Shown here: positions 1 to 12,240 of the stretch, piece after piece | How the letters are laid out: each line of letters begins with the position of its first letter | Numbering within the stretch: position 1 is the stretch's first letter | Source of the DNA: Vicugna vicugna | Lineage: Eukaryota | Direction of reading: 5' to 3' | DNA: 64,000 bases | Assembly: GCA_013265495.1 (NCBI GenBank) | Contig: MU058540.1 | Location: 767,696-831,695, forward strand | Program-made: the position numbers and the translations under genes | The notes under the pieces: model-generated | Told to the model about the DNA's origin: nothing | Database searches by the model: none | The model's input: the letters and a program-made list of their open reading frames with translations, nothing else

Positions 1-111
1 GCCTTCTGTGGGGACAACACTGGAGTCTCTCGATAAAGTCCTCCCCTCTGTGTGACACTGTGATACCTTCTCCACATCCATGTCTGGCGTGGCCATCTCA
101 GAGCTCCACCC

Positions 112-156
112 CTGACCAATTAACCTTGGGCGAGTTAATCTCTCTAAGCCTCAGTG
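112..156 (+). mobile_element. MIR SINE fragment
   Basis: 'accttgggcgagttaatctctctaagcctcagt' matches the MIR core (cttgggcaagttacttaacctctctgagcctcagt). Confidence 0.6.
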
Positions 157-609
157 AGGCTACTACTATTAGGTGCCTTACAGGCTCTGGTGTCAGCAGT
201 GAGGGCCTCCCCGTCCAGCCTTCACTCTCCAGGGAAAGAAGAGAGGGTAGCTCCGGGTGACCCCTCACCAAAACAAAGAAGCTTTGGGGTACAGACACCT
301 CCCTGAGGGTCCCTTCCTGGATGGAGATGAGCCCAGGCCATGGCCCTGCCCCTCAGCCTTGGAGCCAATAATGGCTGGGTGCCTGGAGCCCCGAGGCCTG
401 CTGCCAACAGCTCAGGTATGGTGTGTGGGGTGGGGGGGGCATGGAACCCCCCAGGGACTCCTTGCAGCCTCTGTGCTCAGCACTCTGCTGGCTCCTGTCT
501 GGTCTTTGAGCATCTGGCTTGAGCCCCTCTCCATGTGGAATTCTCTCCCTCCAAGACAGAGCCTGATGGTCCAGTTGGCTAGCCCTTGCCTAGAAGGTAC
601 TAGGCTATA

Positions 610-1003
610 CTATTCAGCCATACAAGAATATACATATATTCATTTTCATATTCTTTTTCACCATATGCTACAAGATATTGAATATAGTTCCCTGTGCTAT
701 ACAGTATAAACTTGTTTATCTATTTTATATGTATTAGTCAGTATCTGCAAATCTCGAACTCCAAGTTTATCCCTTTCTATCCCCTCCCTCCTGGTAACCA
801 TAAGTTTGTTTTCTATGACTGTGAGTCTGTTTCTGTTTTGTAAATAAGTTCATCTGTCTTCTGTTTTTTTTTTAGATTCCACATATAAGTGATCTCATAT
901 GATATTTGTCTTTCTCTTTCTGGCTTACTTCATTTAGAATGACATTCTCCAAGGCCATTCATGTTGCTGCAAATGGCATTATTTTATCATTTTTTGTGGC
1001 TGT
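610..1003 (-). mobile_element. LINE-1 3' end (ORF2 terminus/3' UTR), cetartiodactyl/camelid-type, truncated
   Basis: Antisense L1 hallmarks: 'gatattgaatatagttccctgtgctatacagta', 'tttagattccacatataagtga', 'ggcttacttcatttagaatgacattctcca' and 'catgttgctgcaaatggcattatt'. AT-rich against GC-rich flanks. Confidence 0.9.
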
Positions 1004-1004
1004 A

Positions 1005-1135
1005 ACTTCAGTTTATTCATCTGTAAAATGGGGTTCAAAGACCTACCTTCCTCCTAGTTCTTCTGGGATTTGGGGGGTTTGTCTCTGCAGCTTGGCTCTG
1101 GGTTTAGCACAGAGTTGGCTCACTATCAATTTCTC
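1005..1135 (+). mobile_element. MIR SINE fragment
   Basis: 'cttcagtttattcatctgtaaaatgggg' is the MIR core; 'ttagcacagagttggctcac' is MIR 3'-like. Confidence 0.65.
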
Positions 1136-1550
1136 CTACATTCCTTCCCTCTGCTGCCCTTGAACCCTGACCCAGAATCCAAACATAGCCTCACCTGGTC
1201 CTCTTTTGCCACCGTGCCTCAACCCAAGCTGCTGTCTGGTCCCTGCTTCCTGTCATAGTTGTCGCTCTTGGGCTGCCACAAGACAGGACTGCCCTGCCCC
1301 CCCTGCATTGGGCCTAACTCTCCTCATTCCCCATGCCAGCCTCCCTGGGCTCATTTTGAAATCAGATGAGACAACAGGTGGAAAAGCTTTTTGTGGACTG
1401 TAGAGGGCTCTGGACATGTGAGGGGTTAAGGTAGTGTCTGCATTGGACACAGAGAGCCAAGGGGACTTGCCAGCAGTCCTGACAGAACCCTCTAGAAGCA
1501 GAATGTCCTTGGCCCACCACCTCCTTCAGAGCTGGCTAACACTCCTGCCT

Positions 1551-1597
1551 CTCCATCCTAAATGCCATTTCCCCTCCATCTAAATGCCATTTCCCCT
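1551..1597. repeat. Short tandem duplication, two copies of about 23 bp
   Basis: ctccatcctaaatgccatttccc followed directly by ctccatctaaatgccatttccc. Confidence 0.9.
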
Positions 1598-2309
1598 GTC
1601 TGGGCCTGAGCCACTGCCTACTGTCTGGGGCCGCTGGAAATTTCTCAGATGTCGCTTTGATTTATGGCCCTAGTTAATTCTCCAGGAGGCCCGTGAGATG
1701 CCCTGAGCTCTGGAGCCTCAATGGGATAAATCATTTAACAGGTGGTTAAATATTCTTTAAGGTCTGAGGAACACAGGCAGGGTGTAGATTGGGGAGGGGG
1801 GCTCAGGCTGGGGGAGACTTGGCAAATTCCTCACTGGAAAAAGGGAAAACTACGTGGTCATTTCAGAACCCATGGGAGCAATTTGTCATCAGCAGTGGCT
1901 AAAGGCAGCACCTGTGGGCCCCTTCCTACCCTTGGGCCTGGGAGGCTGGGGGCCTGGGCATTGGAGGGTGTGGGGAGGTGGCAGGATGCAGAGGTGGCCT
2001 GCTGGGCCCTCTATGACCTGTGTGCTCCAGCCCTGTGATCTCTGTCAGGGGGTACCCACGGGACCCCAGAGGCTCTTGGATGGGAGTGAGGACTCTGACA
2101 CCATCAAACTCAGGGCCAGACACAAAGGTAGCCGTATGATATGGCTGTCCACTCTAAGAAAGTAGGAGGTGGGGAGGCCGAGGGCCTACTGGACAGTGAG
2201 TATTCTGCCTAATGGCATTCAAATATGAGACTACAGCAGGCCAGCCAAACAAAACAGAGCTGGGCTCTCACACAGAGACCCCAGAATTATGCAATCCTTC
2301 TATCACACG

Positions 2310-2460
2310 TTTCAAAGCGCTTTGCCATCCTTGATAACATTTAACCCTCACAACAGGCTCAGAGGTCAGCAGGGCAAGGGAATATGACCCCAGTGTACAA
2401 AGGAGTCAATGAGCTCAGAGAGGCTGAAATCCTGCCAGAGGCAGCACAGCTGGCTAGAGG
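2310..2460 (-). mobile_element. MIR SINE fragment
   Basis: 'catttaaccctcacaac...gagctcagagaggctgaa...cacagctggctag' is antisense MIR. Confidence 0.6.
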
Positions 2461-2529
2461 CCAAAGGGAATCAGGCCAGGGGCTGGGAGAATGCAGCTCA
2501 CCTAGAGGGGGGGAATCAGGAAAGGACCC

Positions 2530-2610
2530 CAGAGATCACTATGTGCAAAGCACCCAGTTTACAGATAAGGAAACAGGTCCTGAGAAGGGCAGAGACTGGC
2601 CCAAGGGAAG
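2530..2610 (-). mobile_element. MIR SINE fragment
   Basis: 'cccagtttacagataaggaaacaggtcctgagaagggcagagactggcccaagg' is the antisense MIR core. Confidence 0.65.
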
Positions 2611-2674
2611 GACAGAGGTAGAGATGGGACGAGGCCTCAGGCAGAAGGCTTGAGGGTAGATGCCTGCCTACCCC

Positions 2675-2745
2675 CACCTCCGACAAGTGTTCTCCCCTTG
2701 GGACCTCAGTTTCCTGTAAATGAAGGTTGCTAGTAGAGTCTAGGG
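2675..2745 (+). mobile_element. MIR SINE fragment
   Basis: 'caagtgttctccccttgggacctcagtttcctgtaaatgaagg' resembles the MIR core. Confidence 0.55.
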
Positions 2746-3451
2746 AGGCTGGGAAAATGGAAGTGACAGTAGCCAGGGTGGGAGGGGAGGGAGGAGTGGG
2801 AGACCCTCCCCGGGACACCTCCCCTCCCTCCATCCCTGGCCTCCCAGCTCTGTGCTGTACCCTGTGCTCACATGTTCTTCCTGGCCCCCACCCCCATCTG
2901 TCCAGGGCAGCCCCAGGGTGCTGTGTCCAGGCTGGAGTGAGGCATTGCTTTATGCTGTAGGAGGAAGTATCCTCTTGGGCTAGGGCTGGAGGAGCAGGAC
3001 AGGCCTGGGTTTCAGACCACCCCCTTGGCTGAGCCTCGATCAAGATGGCCAGAGGGACCATCCCCAGAGAGGCAGATCTGCTCCAGGGCATCTGGGCTGG
3101 GGGTGGGCTCCGGGCATTCCTGGGAGTGACTCCTGCCCCAGCTCTCTAGGCAGGTCAGAATGCACTGGAACGGCTCAAGTGGGCACAGGGCCCAGGCAGG
3201 TATGGAGTAGCCTGCCCTCACTCTCACAGCCCACCTGCTTCCTATTAGAAAGCTGCAGGGCGGGAGCCGTTCAGGTGGATAAACAGGGGGTTCTGAGAGC
3301 TCATGAGGCAGTGGAGGAAGCCCAAGTTGTGGGAGTGACACTGGCTTTCAGAACAAGGCCAGTCATCCCTTCCTTCTGCTCCCACCAAGCCCTCAAGGGG
3401 GCCCTGGAACTGCCATGGACAAGTGCTGGGGAGGATCCCTAGAGCATCTGC

Positions 3452-3452
3452 T

Positions 3453-3498
<46 letters not shown>
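3452..3498. repeat. Compound (TG)n(AG)n microsatellite
   Basis: (TG)13 followed directly by about 10 AG units. Confidence 0.98.
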
Positions 3499-3500
<2 letters not shown>

Positions 3501-5350
3501 GTCAGGCAAATGTCACACCGTGGTGCCCATGCCTGCCTCTCCAGCCCACAGTGACCAGTGCTCTGCAGTTGCCTGCTTGTGGTCGGATTGGGAGTTTATT
3601 GAGCCTGTGGTTACTCTCTCTCCCAGGCCAGTGCCCTCTGTGGCTGGCGGAGGTCTTGATCCCTATCCCACACCTGGGGTTACATGGCATAGAGCATGTC
3701 AGAGTAAGCCACCTAATCCAGAAGTGTTGTGAGAGAGAGAGGGAGGGGCCCAGGGTCCCCCAATACGTGGCCAAGTCCCCCTTGGGCCCAGGTCAGGGCT
3801 GAGTATGCAGTGAGAGGCAGCACTGGTGCATTCCCCCCAATCTGGATGCCCGTCTTCTGAGCCATCCCACAGCTCTCTCTTACAGCAATGGAGGATGAAG
3901 GAATACATCACCGGGGGCTCTAGCTTTATGAAGTACTCATCTGACTCTGGCCTCCAGGGTAATTAACTCACACCAACACTGTGGAGCTTCAACAGCCATT
4001 AGCACACTGTCCCCAGCACCTCCATCAAACTGTCCACCTGGATGGGGCTTCCTGGGAGGGACTGGCTGAGTGGAGCCCAGGGCGTGTGGGGTTTTGGTTC
4101 TAGCACTTGGGTTCTCAGCCTGGGGGAAACTGTTGCTCCTGGATTTTGCAGCAAGCTAGAGGGCTGCAGGTTAGATGCTTAGAAGGACTTCCAGAGGAAG
4201 CGGTTGAGTATGGTCCTCAGCCTCCAGGGCTGGGGGCACTTTGGACATCTTTTCTCCTTTTGTAGCCAGAGGCACAAGGTCCAGTGTAGAGAAATTGCTG
4301 ACTCTAAATCTTGCTGCTTGTCACTGGCAGGGAGGGGAGCCCCACTCTAGTGCCTTTTGCATTACTTAGGCTTCTGGACTAATTAGGCCTTGCCCCAAGC
4401 CCAGGAATGTTGCCAATGGGGCGCTGAGAAATAGCAGAGACACCCGTCCATGGAGGGGTGAGTACTGGGGGACCTAGTTCACCCTACCCCAGGCTGCCCA
4501 CCCCGAGGGTGCCTGGGAAGGTGGTCTGGCCTAGGGGCGAGGACCGAGGGTGCAGGGAGGCATAGCCCCCACCAGGCCTGGTTCTACTAACTCAGCATTT
4601 ACTACTCACCTACCTGTTTCTGCATCGTCCTGGTTCTCCAGAGCACCCCGGCTGACGGGGGCTGGGCAGGCTGGGCAGCTCAGAGCTAGGGTGAAGAGAG
4701 CACAGGGGTCAGGCCCAGGGAGGAAGCTGCAGCCAGCGCCTTCTCTCAGCCTGGGCTGCGGGCGCACTCCAGCCTGGAGCTGTTGGCTGTTTGGGAGATT
4801 CCTCTCCCCAGCTATAGCCAGAGATGGGGATGAGTTGGGGGAAGGCAGTGCCTTGAAATGGAGTTTAGAGTACAGGGAGGCAGTGAGCCCCCAGATGACA
4901 TCCAGCCTCAGACAGAGTAGCAACCCCACCAGGCCCCCTAATGGCTCATCACACCCCTGTCCCTGTTCAAGCTGTGCCCTCTAGAAGAGAGCCTCAGGAC
5001 AGGCCTTTCCAGATTGTGAACAAACACACATCTGACCACAACAGGCCCCTCCTCTAGGAATCTTTTCCTGATCCCCCTTCTTTCCCTTCCCCACTCCCAG
5101 TCCCTGCCTGGGGATGGGGCCAGATGTCTCTCCTCTGGGTTCCCAAGACACCCTTGGCATTAAAATGGCTTGTGCACCTGAGTCATCCAAGCAGCCCTCC
5201 CCAAGCATCTAGCACGGTGCCGGTCTAGAGCAGGTGCTCCAATATCAGCCGCTGAGTCTGCAGGCAGGCTGGAAAACCATGGTATGGTTCGCACACCTGT
5301 TGGTTGTTGACCTTGGCCAGATCACTTTACGTGTTTAGGGTCAGACTGAG

Positions 5351-5605
5351 CTACTGTTTTTCAAACTTTTTTGAAGTGCATGTAATATCAGGACACGATA
5401 TATACAACATACGTATCATAAAACCAAAACCAGAAAATTTTGGGAACTGAGACAATACTTTGTGAACTGACGCTCTTATTGTACAGGTTATACTCTGATA
5501 TTTTGTGTTCTCGTTCCTTTTTTTTTTTTTTTTTGCTTTTGTTCCCTTAAAATAAGGCTGGTTGCAAACCATGAAACGACCCTCCCATTCATGGGTGGCA
5601 AATAT
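5351..5605. mobile_element. Non-autonomous hAT-Charlie (MER-type) DNA transposon fossil
   Basis: Begins with the Charlie-like terminus 'ctgtttttcaaacttttttga'. Internal 'acaatactt...actctgatatttt' and 'gctggttgcaaacca...cccattcatgggtggca' match my recollection of a Charlie-family consensus. Contains a T-run near 5518-5534. Confidence 0.6.
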
Positions 5606-6862
5606 TGCCTGAGATGGTCCCAAGCTTCTCTGCTGCTTAGTGCTCCCCCAAAGCCTTCCTAATGCCCCCAGCAAAGATGTGGCTTTTACCTACCAAGACA
5701 CAGATGCAGCAGCATGTTTGTGCCACTGACACTGCCTGTCCTCGGCCTTGTCCTAGCCTGAGACATCCTGCCCAGCCTTAGGGCTGACACTGTGTGCCTC
5801 GGCCTCAGGAATGAGGCTTGAGGGAGGCAAGGCCCAGTCTCCAGCTGTCTGGGAGAGATTTCAGCCAAGCCATGCGTGAAGGCCTCAGTTCAGAATAAAG
5901 GAACCTCTGCCAGGCTCCCAGAGCAGCCCTAAACCTCATGCTCCTGCCCTCAGCCTGGTTGGGAGCCTGGCGAAGAAGTTTCTGGAAAACACTTCCTGCC
6001 CTGGGTCCCGGCCTGGAGATACCTCAGCTCTCCTATGCCCCAGTCTTGCAGGGACCTCAGTGGCTGCCCTCTACCAGCCCAGGTTCCCTCTAAGAGGGAA
6101 AGGGGGTGCAATTAGAAATTACAGGGGGATGACAGACATAAACCAGGGTGGCTGGGCAAACCAGGATGAGCAGTGACCCAGCGGGGCAGCCCCCCTCCCC
6201 ACCCCCCAGGTTCAGAAGCAGGGACGCAGCTCACTCTGCACAGGCTGAGGAGGCTGCAGACGCCTTACACCAACCTCCTGCCTCACCTTAGTGGGCTTTG
6301 CTGCTCTCGGCAATGTAATACCTCTCTCCTCACAGACTCCATTGACCACTGGGCCCCTCCTCCTGGCTGACCAGCCCCTAATGTTGTGTGGGTTTTAAAG
6401 TGAACAATGATTGGTGGAGGGGCGGCCATGTGACCCAGTTCTCGCCAGTGAGATGTGAGGGGAGGGCTGCTGGCACTTCCCAAAAGGATTTTCCTGATAA
6501 GGAAAGCCCCTGGGAGAAGAGGCTCTGTGCCCTGAATCTGGCTTTGGCTGTCTGGGTACCAGGGTGAGAGCTCAGACAGAGCTCCATAGCTCTATCATGG
6601 TTGACCCCAAGGAGGACAGAGCAGGACAATGGTAGGAGCCTGGGTCTTGGTGACGCAAATCCTGAGCCGGCTGAGTGAGCTTGTGCCAGTCACACATATG
6701 AATTTGCTCCACAGAGCCAAGTGTGAGAGACCCTATTGGTGTTGCCTGCCCAATATCCAGTTCCCCTTCCTCCACTAAGAGCTGTGAGGCATGAGCCCTC
6801 TGCCTCTCTTAGTATGTGGGTTTGTGTGAGTGCCCCCGTGTGTGTGAGCGCATGTGCGCACG

Positions 6863-6865
<3 letters not shown>

Positions 6866-6911
<46 letters not shown>
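6866..6911. repeat. (CA)n microsatellite
   Basis: About 23 AC units, preceded by mixed TG/CG alternation from about 6838. Confidence 0.98.
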
Positions 6912-6912
<1 letters not shown>

Positions 6913-6924
6913 ACGGCTCCTGAT

Positions 6925-7516
6925 CTGGGCCTGGCCCATCAGCGTTTTCTTCTTCCTGGCCATTGTGATTGGTTCAGGATGAGCACATGACCTAGTAGGA
7001 CCCCTGATTCTCAGTTATGGGGCTTCTGCTGGGGCTTGTGGGACAGAGAAGTTTTTGCCTCCACTGGGGTCTCTACGCTGGGACTTCTAGGATCCGGAGC
7101 TGGATCCTATCGCCAACTTGCCACCCTGGGAAGAACCCAGGCACATGATGAGGACAGAAAGTCTGAGCCCTAGGGGTGATATTTAGTGTCCTGCACTCAG
7201 TCCTATCCCTGGATGTCCCAGGGGTGTCAGCCAGTAAAAGTCACAGTATGTTTTGAGGGAGAGGGTTTAAGCCGTGGTGTGTTAGTAACAACAAGCTTTC
7301 CAGAGGAAAGTCCTGATGTGTAGTGTTTGCTAATTCCCACTGTGTAAATACTCCTACTGGGGCTGATTCAAGCTACCAACTGGATGACACTGAACGTGGA
7401 GTTGGGAAGAGAAGTCTCTTCCAAGTCCCTGCAGACCAGTTCCTGTATACAGCTGGGTGTAAGCCTTTCTGGCCAGGTTTCCTGTCATTTGTGACCAGAA
7501 TAATCTCACCTGTGTA
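6925..7516 (+). mobile_element. MaLR (MLT1-type) solo LTR interrupted by a MER63 insertion
   Basis: 'cctggccattgtgattggttcaggatgagcacatgacc' is typical of MLT1. A 3' part 'agccagtaaaagtc...tttaagcc' resumes after the MER63 as 'taagcc...gtttcctgtcatttgtgaccagaa'. Confidence 0.65.
7272..7455. mobile_element. MER63-like hAT-Blackjack DNA transposon
   Basis: 'tgtaaatactcctactggggctgattcaagctaccaactggatgacactgaacgtggagttgggaagaga' matches the MER63 internal sequence. Degenerate TIRs, with an 8-bp TSD ggtttaag (7264-7271) / ggtgtaag (7456-7463). Confidence 0.8.
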
Positions 7517-8059
7517 CCCAGTCTCACTGTCTGGGAGGGAACTCCTTCTGGGCTGTGCCTGGGCTCCCCATGCATTCATTGTAACATGGGGGCACTCCTA
7601 GTTTCTCTGGGCTGTGCTCTGCTGCTTTTGGGCTCTGGGGGAGGCTGTGAGCCCCTGGAAGCCCCCCTACAGCCTAACCAGAGGCTCTGCCTCCTTTCCC
7701 CAAGTCCCACCAGATACTAGCTCATCCTGAGCTCTGACAAAAGGCAGAGCAATCTGGGCCTTCAAGCAGCTTCTGCTCTCTGCCTCTACTGCCTGGGACC
7801 TGGTTGCTCGATATTTTGTTTTGGTTTGTTGTGGGAAGGGGACATAGGGAGGCTTGAATGAGCAGAAGGAATGCAGAGTGATATCTAATTGTTCTGTTAC
7901 ATGGGGCAAAACCAGCATCTCCCTTCCCCAGATTATTGAATTAGATGAGATCGTGCATTCAGAGTGCTCGGGTGGGAGCATCACGTGTGTGCAGTGCTCC
8001 ATTCCTGCTGACCCGTACTGTTTTCTATGTTGCTCTTCTGTCTGTACACCCCCCACTGC

Positions 8060-8790
8060 CCTTCTGACACCCAAATCCCACAACCAGCTCTTCCTACAGC
8101 TTCCCCATCTCATTAAATGGTAGCTCCATCCTTCCAGTCAGACCCAATCCTGGGAACTGTCCTCAACTCCTGTCTCACACCCCACACCCTGTCCATCAAC
8201 TAGCCGCCAGCTCCACGTCCAGATGTAAGCCGGGTCTGATCACCTCTCACCGCCTCCATGGCTTCCCCCTCTGGTCTGGCTGCTCCCTGTCTCTCCAGAA
8301 GGACTGCAACAGCCTGGCCTCACTGCTCCCACCCTTGTCCCACACTCAACACAGCAGCTGAGTGATCTTGTTAAACCCAAGTCAGATCATGCCAATTCTC
8401 TACTCTAACACTTGCAGTGGCTCCTGTCTTCAGAGTCAGAATCTGAGTCCTCCCAATGGCCAACAGGGTTCTGTGAGATCTGCTCCACCCTCAGCCCTCT
8501 GGTTCCCCTCCTGCCTTTCCCGCCTTGCTCACTCTGGTCCAGCCACACCAATTACACTCCACCTCTGCGTCTTTGAAGGTGTTGTCCTCTCTGTCTGAAA
8601 CCTTTTCACCCAGAGTTCTCCCAGCTTGGTGCCCACAAGTTGTCATCTCAGGAGGGCCTCCCTGCATCCCTGATCACTCCATCTCCATCCCCTCTCCTGG
8701 CCTCCTTTGCTTCCCCCATTGTTGATCACCATCTCTTTTACCTCTGTGTTTGACAAATTATCTGTCCACCTCTCCTCCATCATTCCAGGG
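8060..8790 (+). mobile_element. LINE-2 (L2) 3' region
   Basis: L2 hallmarks: 'ttccccatctcattaaatggtagctccatccttccagt', 'ggactgcaacagcct' and 'cacagcagctgagtgatcttgttaaacccaagtcagatcatg'. Confidence 0.8.
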
Positions 8791-8859
8791 TTGGGCAGGG
8801 TGACCAAGTTACTTACCTCACTGAGATGACACGTTCCTGGCTGTCCCGGTGCTAGACGG

Positions 8860-8930
8860 GTCAACTCAACTCACAAACATTTAGCCAACACCCATGATAT
8901 GCCAGGCAGTGTGTTGGTACCAGAGAGCAG
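8860..8930 (-). mobile_element. L2 3' terminus
   Basis: 'caactcaactcacaaacatttagccaacacccatgatatgccaggcagtgtg' is an antisense L2 tail. Confidence 0.55.
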
Positions 8931-9399
8931 GGGAGGCCTAGGAAGACGAAGAAGGATGCACCCCAGCCTGGAGGGAGGGGCAGAGGAGTACTGAAGAGGG
9001 GAGGAGCCTGGGTGAGAGAGCTGCAGCAGGCCCCACCCCACCCTCCAGTGGCCAAGTTTCTGGTCTAGGTTCTGGGGGTTTGGAGGTGATGTTTGTCATT
9101 CTCTTTGGCCACCCAGATCCTAAGAAGTTGGGGAACCTCCCCTGTACAAGTACCCATCTCCCACTATGGGAACACTTGCTTTCCGAGACTCCCTTGCAGC
9201 CAGGCCACGGGCATGTGACCCACATCCTACCAAACAGAAGCAATGACCCAAGAGGTGGCTTCCCGAGCAATCCATTGTGGTGAGGGCGCCCCTGGAGCTG
9301 GGCTGCTCAGTCTGACCTCTTCTTGGTGAGAGAAGAGACAGGTTGGCCACATTAGGATGTGGAGCAGTGGAGGCTTGAGAGCCGTGGCAGAGTGGGGAG

Positions 9400-9720
9400 C
9401 CTCTCCTGGACTGGGAAGCGGCCCAAAAGGCAGGCTTCTTTCTGTAGCGCTCCTGTCCTCCAGTTTTTTTTCCAAGGCTGACCCCACTCAGGGCCACTCA
9501 GTAGTTGCAAAGATGGCTTCCAGAAGCTCTAGAAGTTGTGTGCTCCCAAGTTCCTTTATGCTGGAAGAGACTAGCCAGTGTCCTAAACCACATTTCAGTT
9601 GGACTGTATAGATGCAGGCCATGAGACTAGCCCTGACCTAGCCACTGTATAAAGCATTCGGTTGGCTCAGCCAGGTCATGTGGTCCAGCCCAGGGGTATC
9701 ATGCACCTCCCGGACCTCCA
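9400..9720 (-). mobile_element. Probable MaLR (MLT1) LTR fragment
   Basis: 'gttgcaaagatggcttccagaagctctag' and 'ggttggctcagccaggtcatgtg' resemble antisense MLT1 segments. Confidence 0.4.
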
Positions 9721-10291
9721 GGATCCCCCAGAGAGCAGAGGCTCTTGGGAGCAGGGAAAGGGGGAGGGGACAAATTGGGGGAAAGAAATGGTGTTCACCA
9801 TGGACCCAGGGGCCACTCACTAGGGTCTCTTCTCTCCTCTCTCAGCCTTTCCTTCTGCCCTGGGGGAGTGGGTGCTAAAGGGAGAGGCCACGAACCTGAG
9901 GGAAAAGGCCACCTGTATTGCTTCCACATCCACTAACGCCGCATCCTTCTCCATCAGCCCCGCCCACCCGCCTCTGGTGGCTTATCTAGGATCTTTGGGC
10001 CTGAGATGGGGAGGAAGGGCAAGTCTTGAGTGGCGTTGAAGGTAAAGAAGCTTGAAAGAGAGACATAGGCATCTGATGAGGCACCCATCACCCCACTGTG
10101 GCTCCTTTCCCTTCTTGGAGCCTCATCCTGCTCGGGGAGAGGCACCTTCATTCTGCGAATTCCCTTCTTAACAGTTGGGGCAGTGACCTGGTCCACAGTC
10201 TGAGCATCTTACAGATACCTGTTCTCCTGAGGACTAAACTGAGCCTCCATCCAAGCGCTGGGGAGCAGCTGCTCCCTCTGGAGGATCCCTG

Positions 10292-10344
10292 CCCCCCCCC
10301 CCCCCCCCCCCCCCCACCCCCCACCCCCCCTTCCTCCCCCCCCC
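10292..10344. repeat. Poly-C tract (poly-G on the minus strand)
   Basis: C24 followed by further C runs. Confidence 0.95.
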
Positions 10345-11094
10345 ACTTTTCTGAGAGCTTCACTCCTACTCTGGCTCCTGAGGCCTCTGTCAGCCAGGTG
10401 CCCTCACACTCCACTCCTGACCAGGTCTCTGAGGATTCCATGCCTTTGTGTGGGGTGCTGCCCTTTGCCAGGACCGTCCTGGCACCTGCCATCCCCTCCC
10501 TGGTGCTCACAGTTTCCAGGGCCCATAGGATCCTGCATTGTCATGGTTGCCCATCAGAGGAGGCACCTCCAGGCCAGGACTTTGCTCCTATGTCTCAAAA
10601 TCACCAACCCATCACACAGAGCACAGGACACACTGGATGCTTCAAGAAGATTAGTTGAAAAAAGGAACAAATGTATACAGTATTGTACAGTGATGGTTCA
10701 CTCGATCCCAAAGCCTTCCGGGTGACCCTCAGGAGCAAGGAATTCGCTGACTCTGGCAGCAACACGGAGCTCCTGCTTTGGCACTTGCTGCCTGTGGAAG
10801 TTACCAGAGAAAGCCAACATGGTTGTGGGCTCTTAGTGAGCACCCAACCAGGTGACTAGAGCATCCCTTCAACTGACTTTCCTTGTGGGAGTTGAGCCCG
10901 ATCCTTGCTCGAGGCCCTGGGGTATGCTTCTCACACTCCTCGTCAGATCTGAGAGTCCCTGGGTACTGGATGGCTGGAGGCTGGGCCAGGGGCCAGTGGT
11001 TGAAGAGCCTCAGAAGCTCGACCCTTGGTAACCGGGTACTTAATAATGGGGGGTGTACAGAGATCTGTAGATGTTGGTGTTGGTTTTAACGCTT

Positions 11095-11345
11095 TCTACA
11101 CACACAGCCCATCCCAAGCATATAATTTTCATTATATGATATCAACATTAACTTCAGCAATGGAAATGTCAACTTTGATTATTTTCAAGGAGTCTTGATG
11201 GCTCTGGGAATAAATCAATGTAAATAATGTTTTCATAAACTCTGAATCATGCTCCAAATAGCTTTATATCTATAATTTTAATATTCAAAACAATTTTTCT
11301 TTGTATCTTAGCAATTAATGGTCACTAAGTGCTTATTTTTTTGTT
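11095..11345. promoter_or_regulatory. AT-rich, non-repeat block; candidate conserved non-coding element/enhancer
   Basis: Sharp AT-rich island in GC-rich flanks with no TE signature I recognise. PBX-HOX-type ATAAATCA at 11210-11217 and multiple TAAT/ATTA motifs. Conservation is not verified. Confidence 0.4.
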
Positions 11346-11754
11346 CTCCATTGCTGTCAGCTCAGAGCCAGGGGCTGGAGGGGTAGGGGTGACACATTGG
11401 CACATGGGTCATGTCCCCAGTCCTGAGCCAATTCCTAGTTCTACTGTCTAAATAGTCAGGCTTAGTATAATGTCTTTTCCCCCTAAAACCATCCCCTTTC
11501 ATCTCAGCCCATTTAGTTTACTTACCCTTCTGGCCCACTGTCTCCAAGAAGCCTGTTCTGGCCACCACGCCTGGCAGGGATGGGTCCCTCTTCTGCACAC
11601 ATGTGGCATTCACGGCTCCCCTACGGCTCCCTGGACTGACAGCAGAGCAGGTGGGGCAGCACCACAAGCTCGGGACTTGTCCAAGGTGTGCCACCACCAG
11701 CTGTGTGACTCTGGACAGCTGACAGGTGGCAATGCCAAGGGGTCCTCTATCAGG

Positions 11755-12240
11755 TGGAGTTCTTATTTGCAGGTCACAGAGAATGATGCTGGTGGACATG
11801 AGCAGAAACAAAATTTATTAAAAGACACCGGGAAGCTCAGACTCTGCAAGGCAGTCGACCAGTAACAGCATCTGAAATTCAGCTGCAGAACTGGTCCAGA
11901 GAATGCCACTGTCATTCCAAGGTCCTGGCCCCTGTGATTTGCACAGAAGACAGACAGGCCTGGGCACTGAGGAGCAGCTGGATGCTCTTGGAAGAACAGC
12001 TGGCCTTGGAAACCATAATAGCCAGGCCACCAATGTCACCAGGACACAGGCTTTTCCTACCCCTAGACTCCCACTTGAGGCCTGGGGTGCTGAGCTCCAC
12101 TCAGCCTGGGTCTGGGGGTCATGCCATAGCTGAGCTGCAAAGAAGTATGGAAAAGTGAGTATCTGGTATTTTGCATTTCTGTAAAAGGAGGCAGACCCTC
12201 TGCTTAATAGGGGGAGAGGGACCCTCAGCATAAGAAAAAC
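11755..12240 (-). mobile_element. MaLR (old MLT1-type) LTR
   Basis: 'ttcttatttgcaggtcacagagaa...agcagaaacaaaatttattaaaagacac' and 'gctgcaaagaagtatggaaaagtgagtatctgg' are typical of antisense MLT1. Confidence 0.6.

Noticed and set aside
10098..10658. 186-aa ORF with a polyproline run (formin/WASP-like appearance)
   Set aside because: The prolines come from a poly-C homopolymer; the flanking peptide has no homology I recognise.
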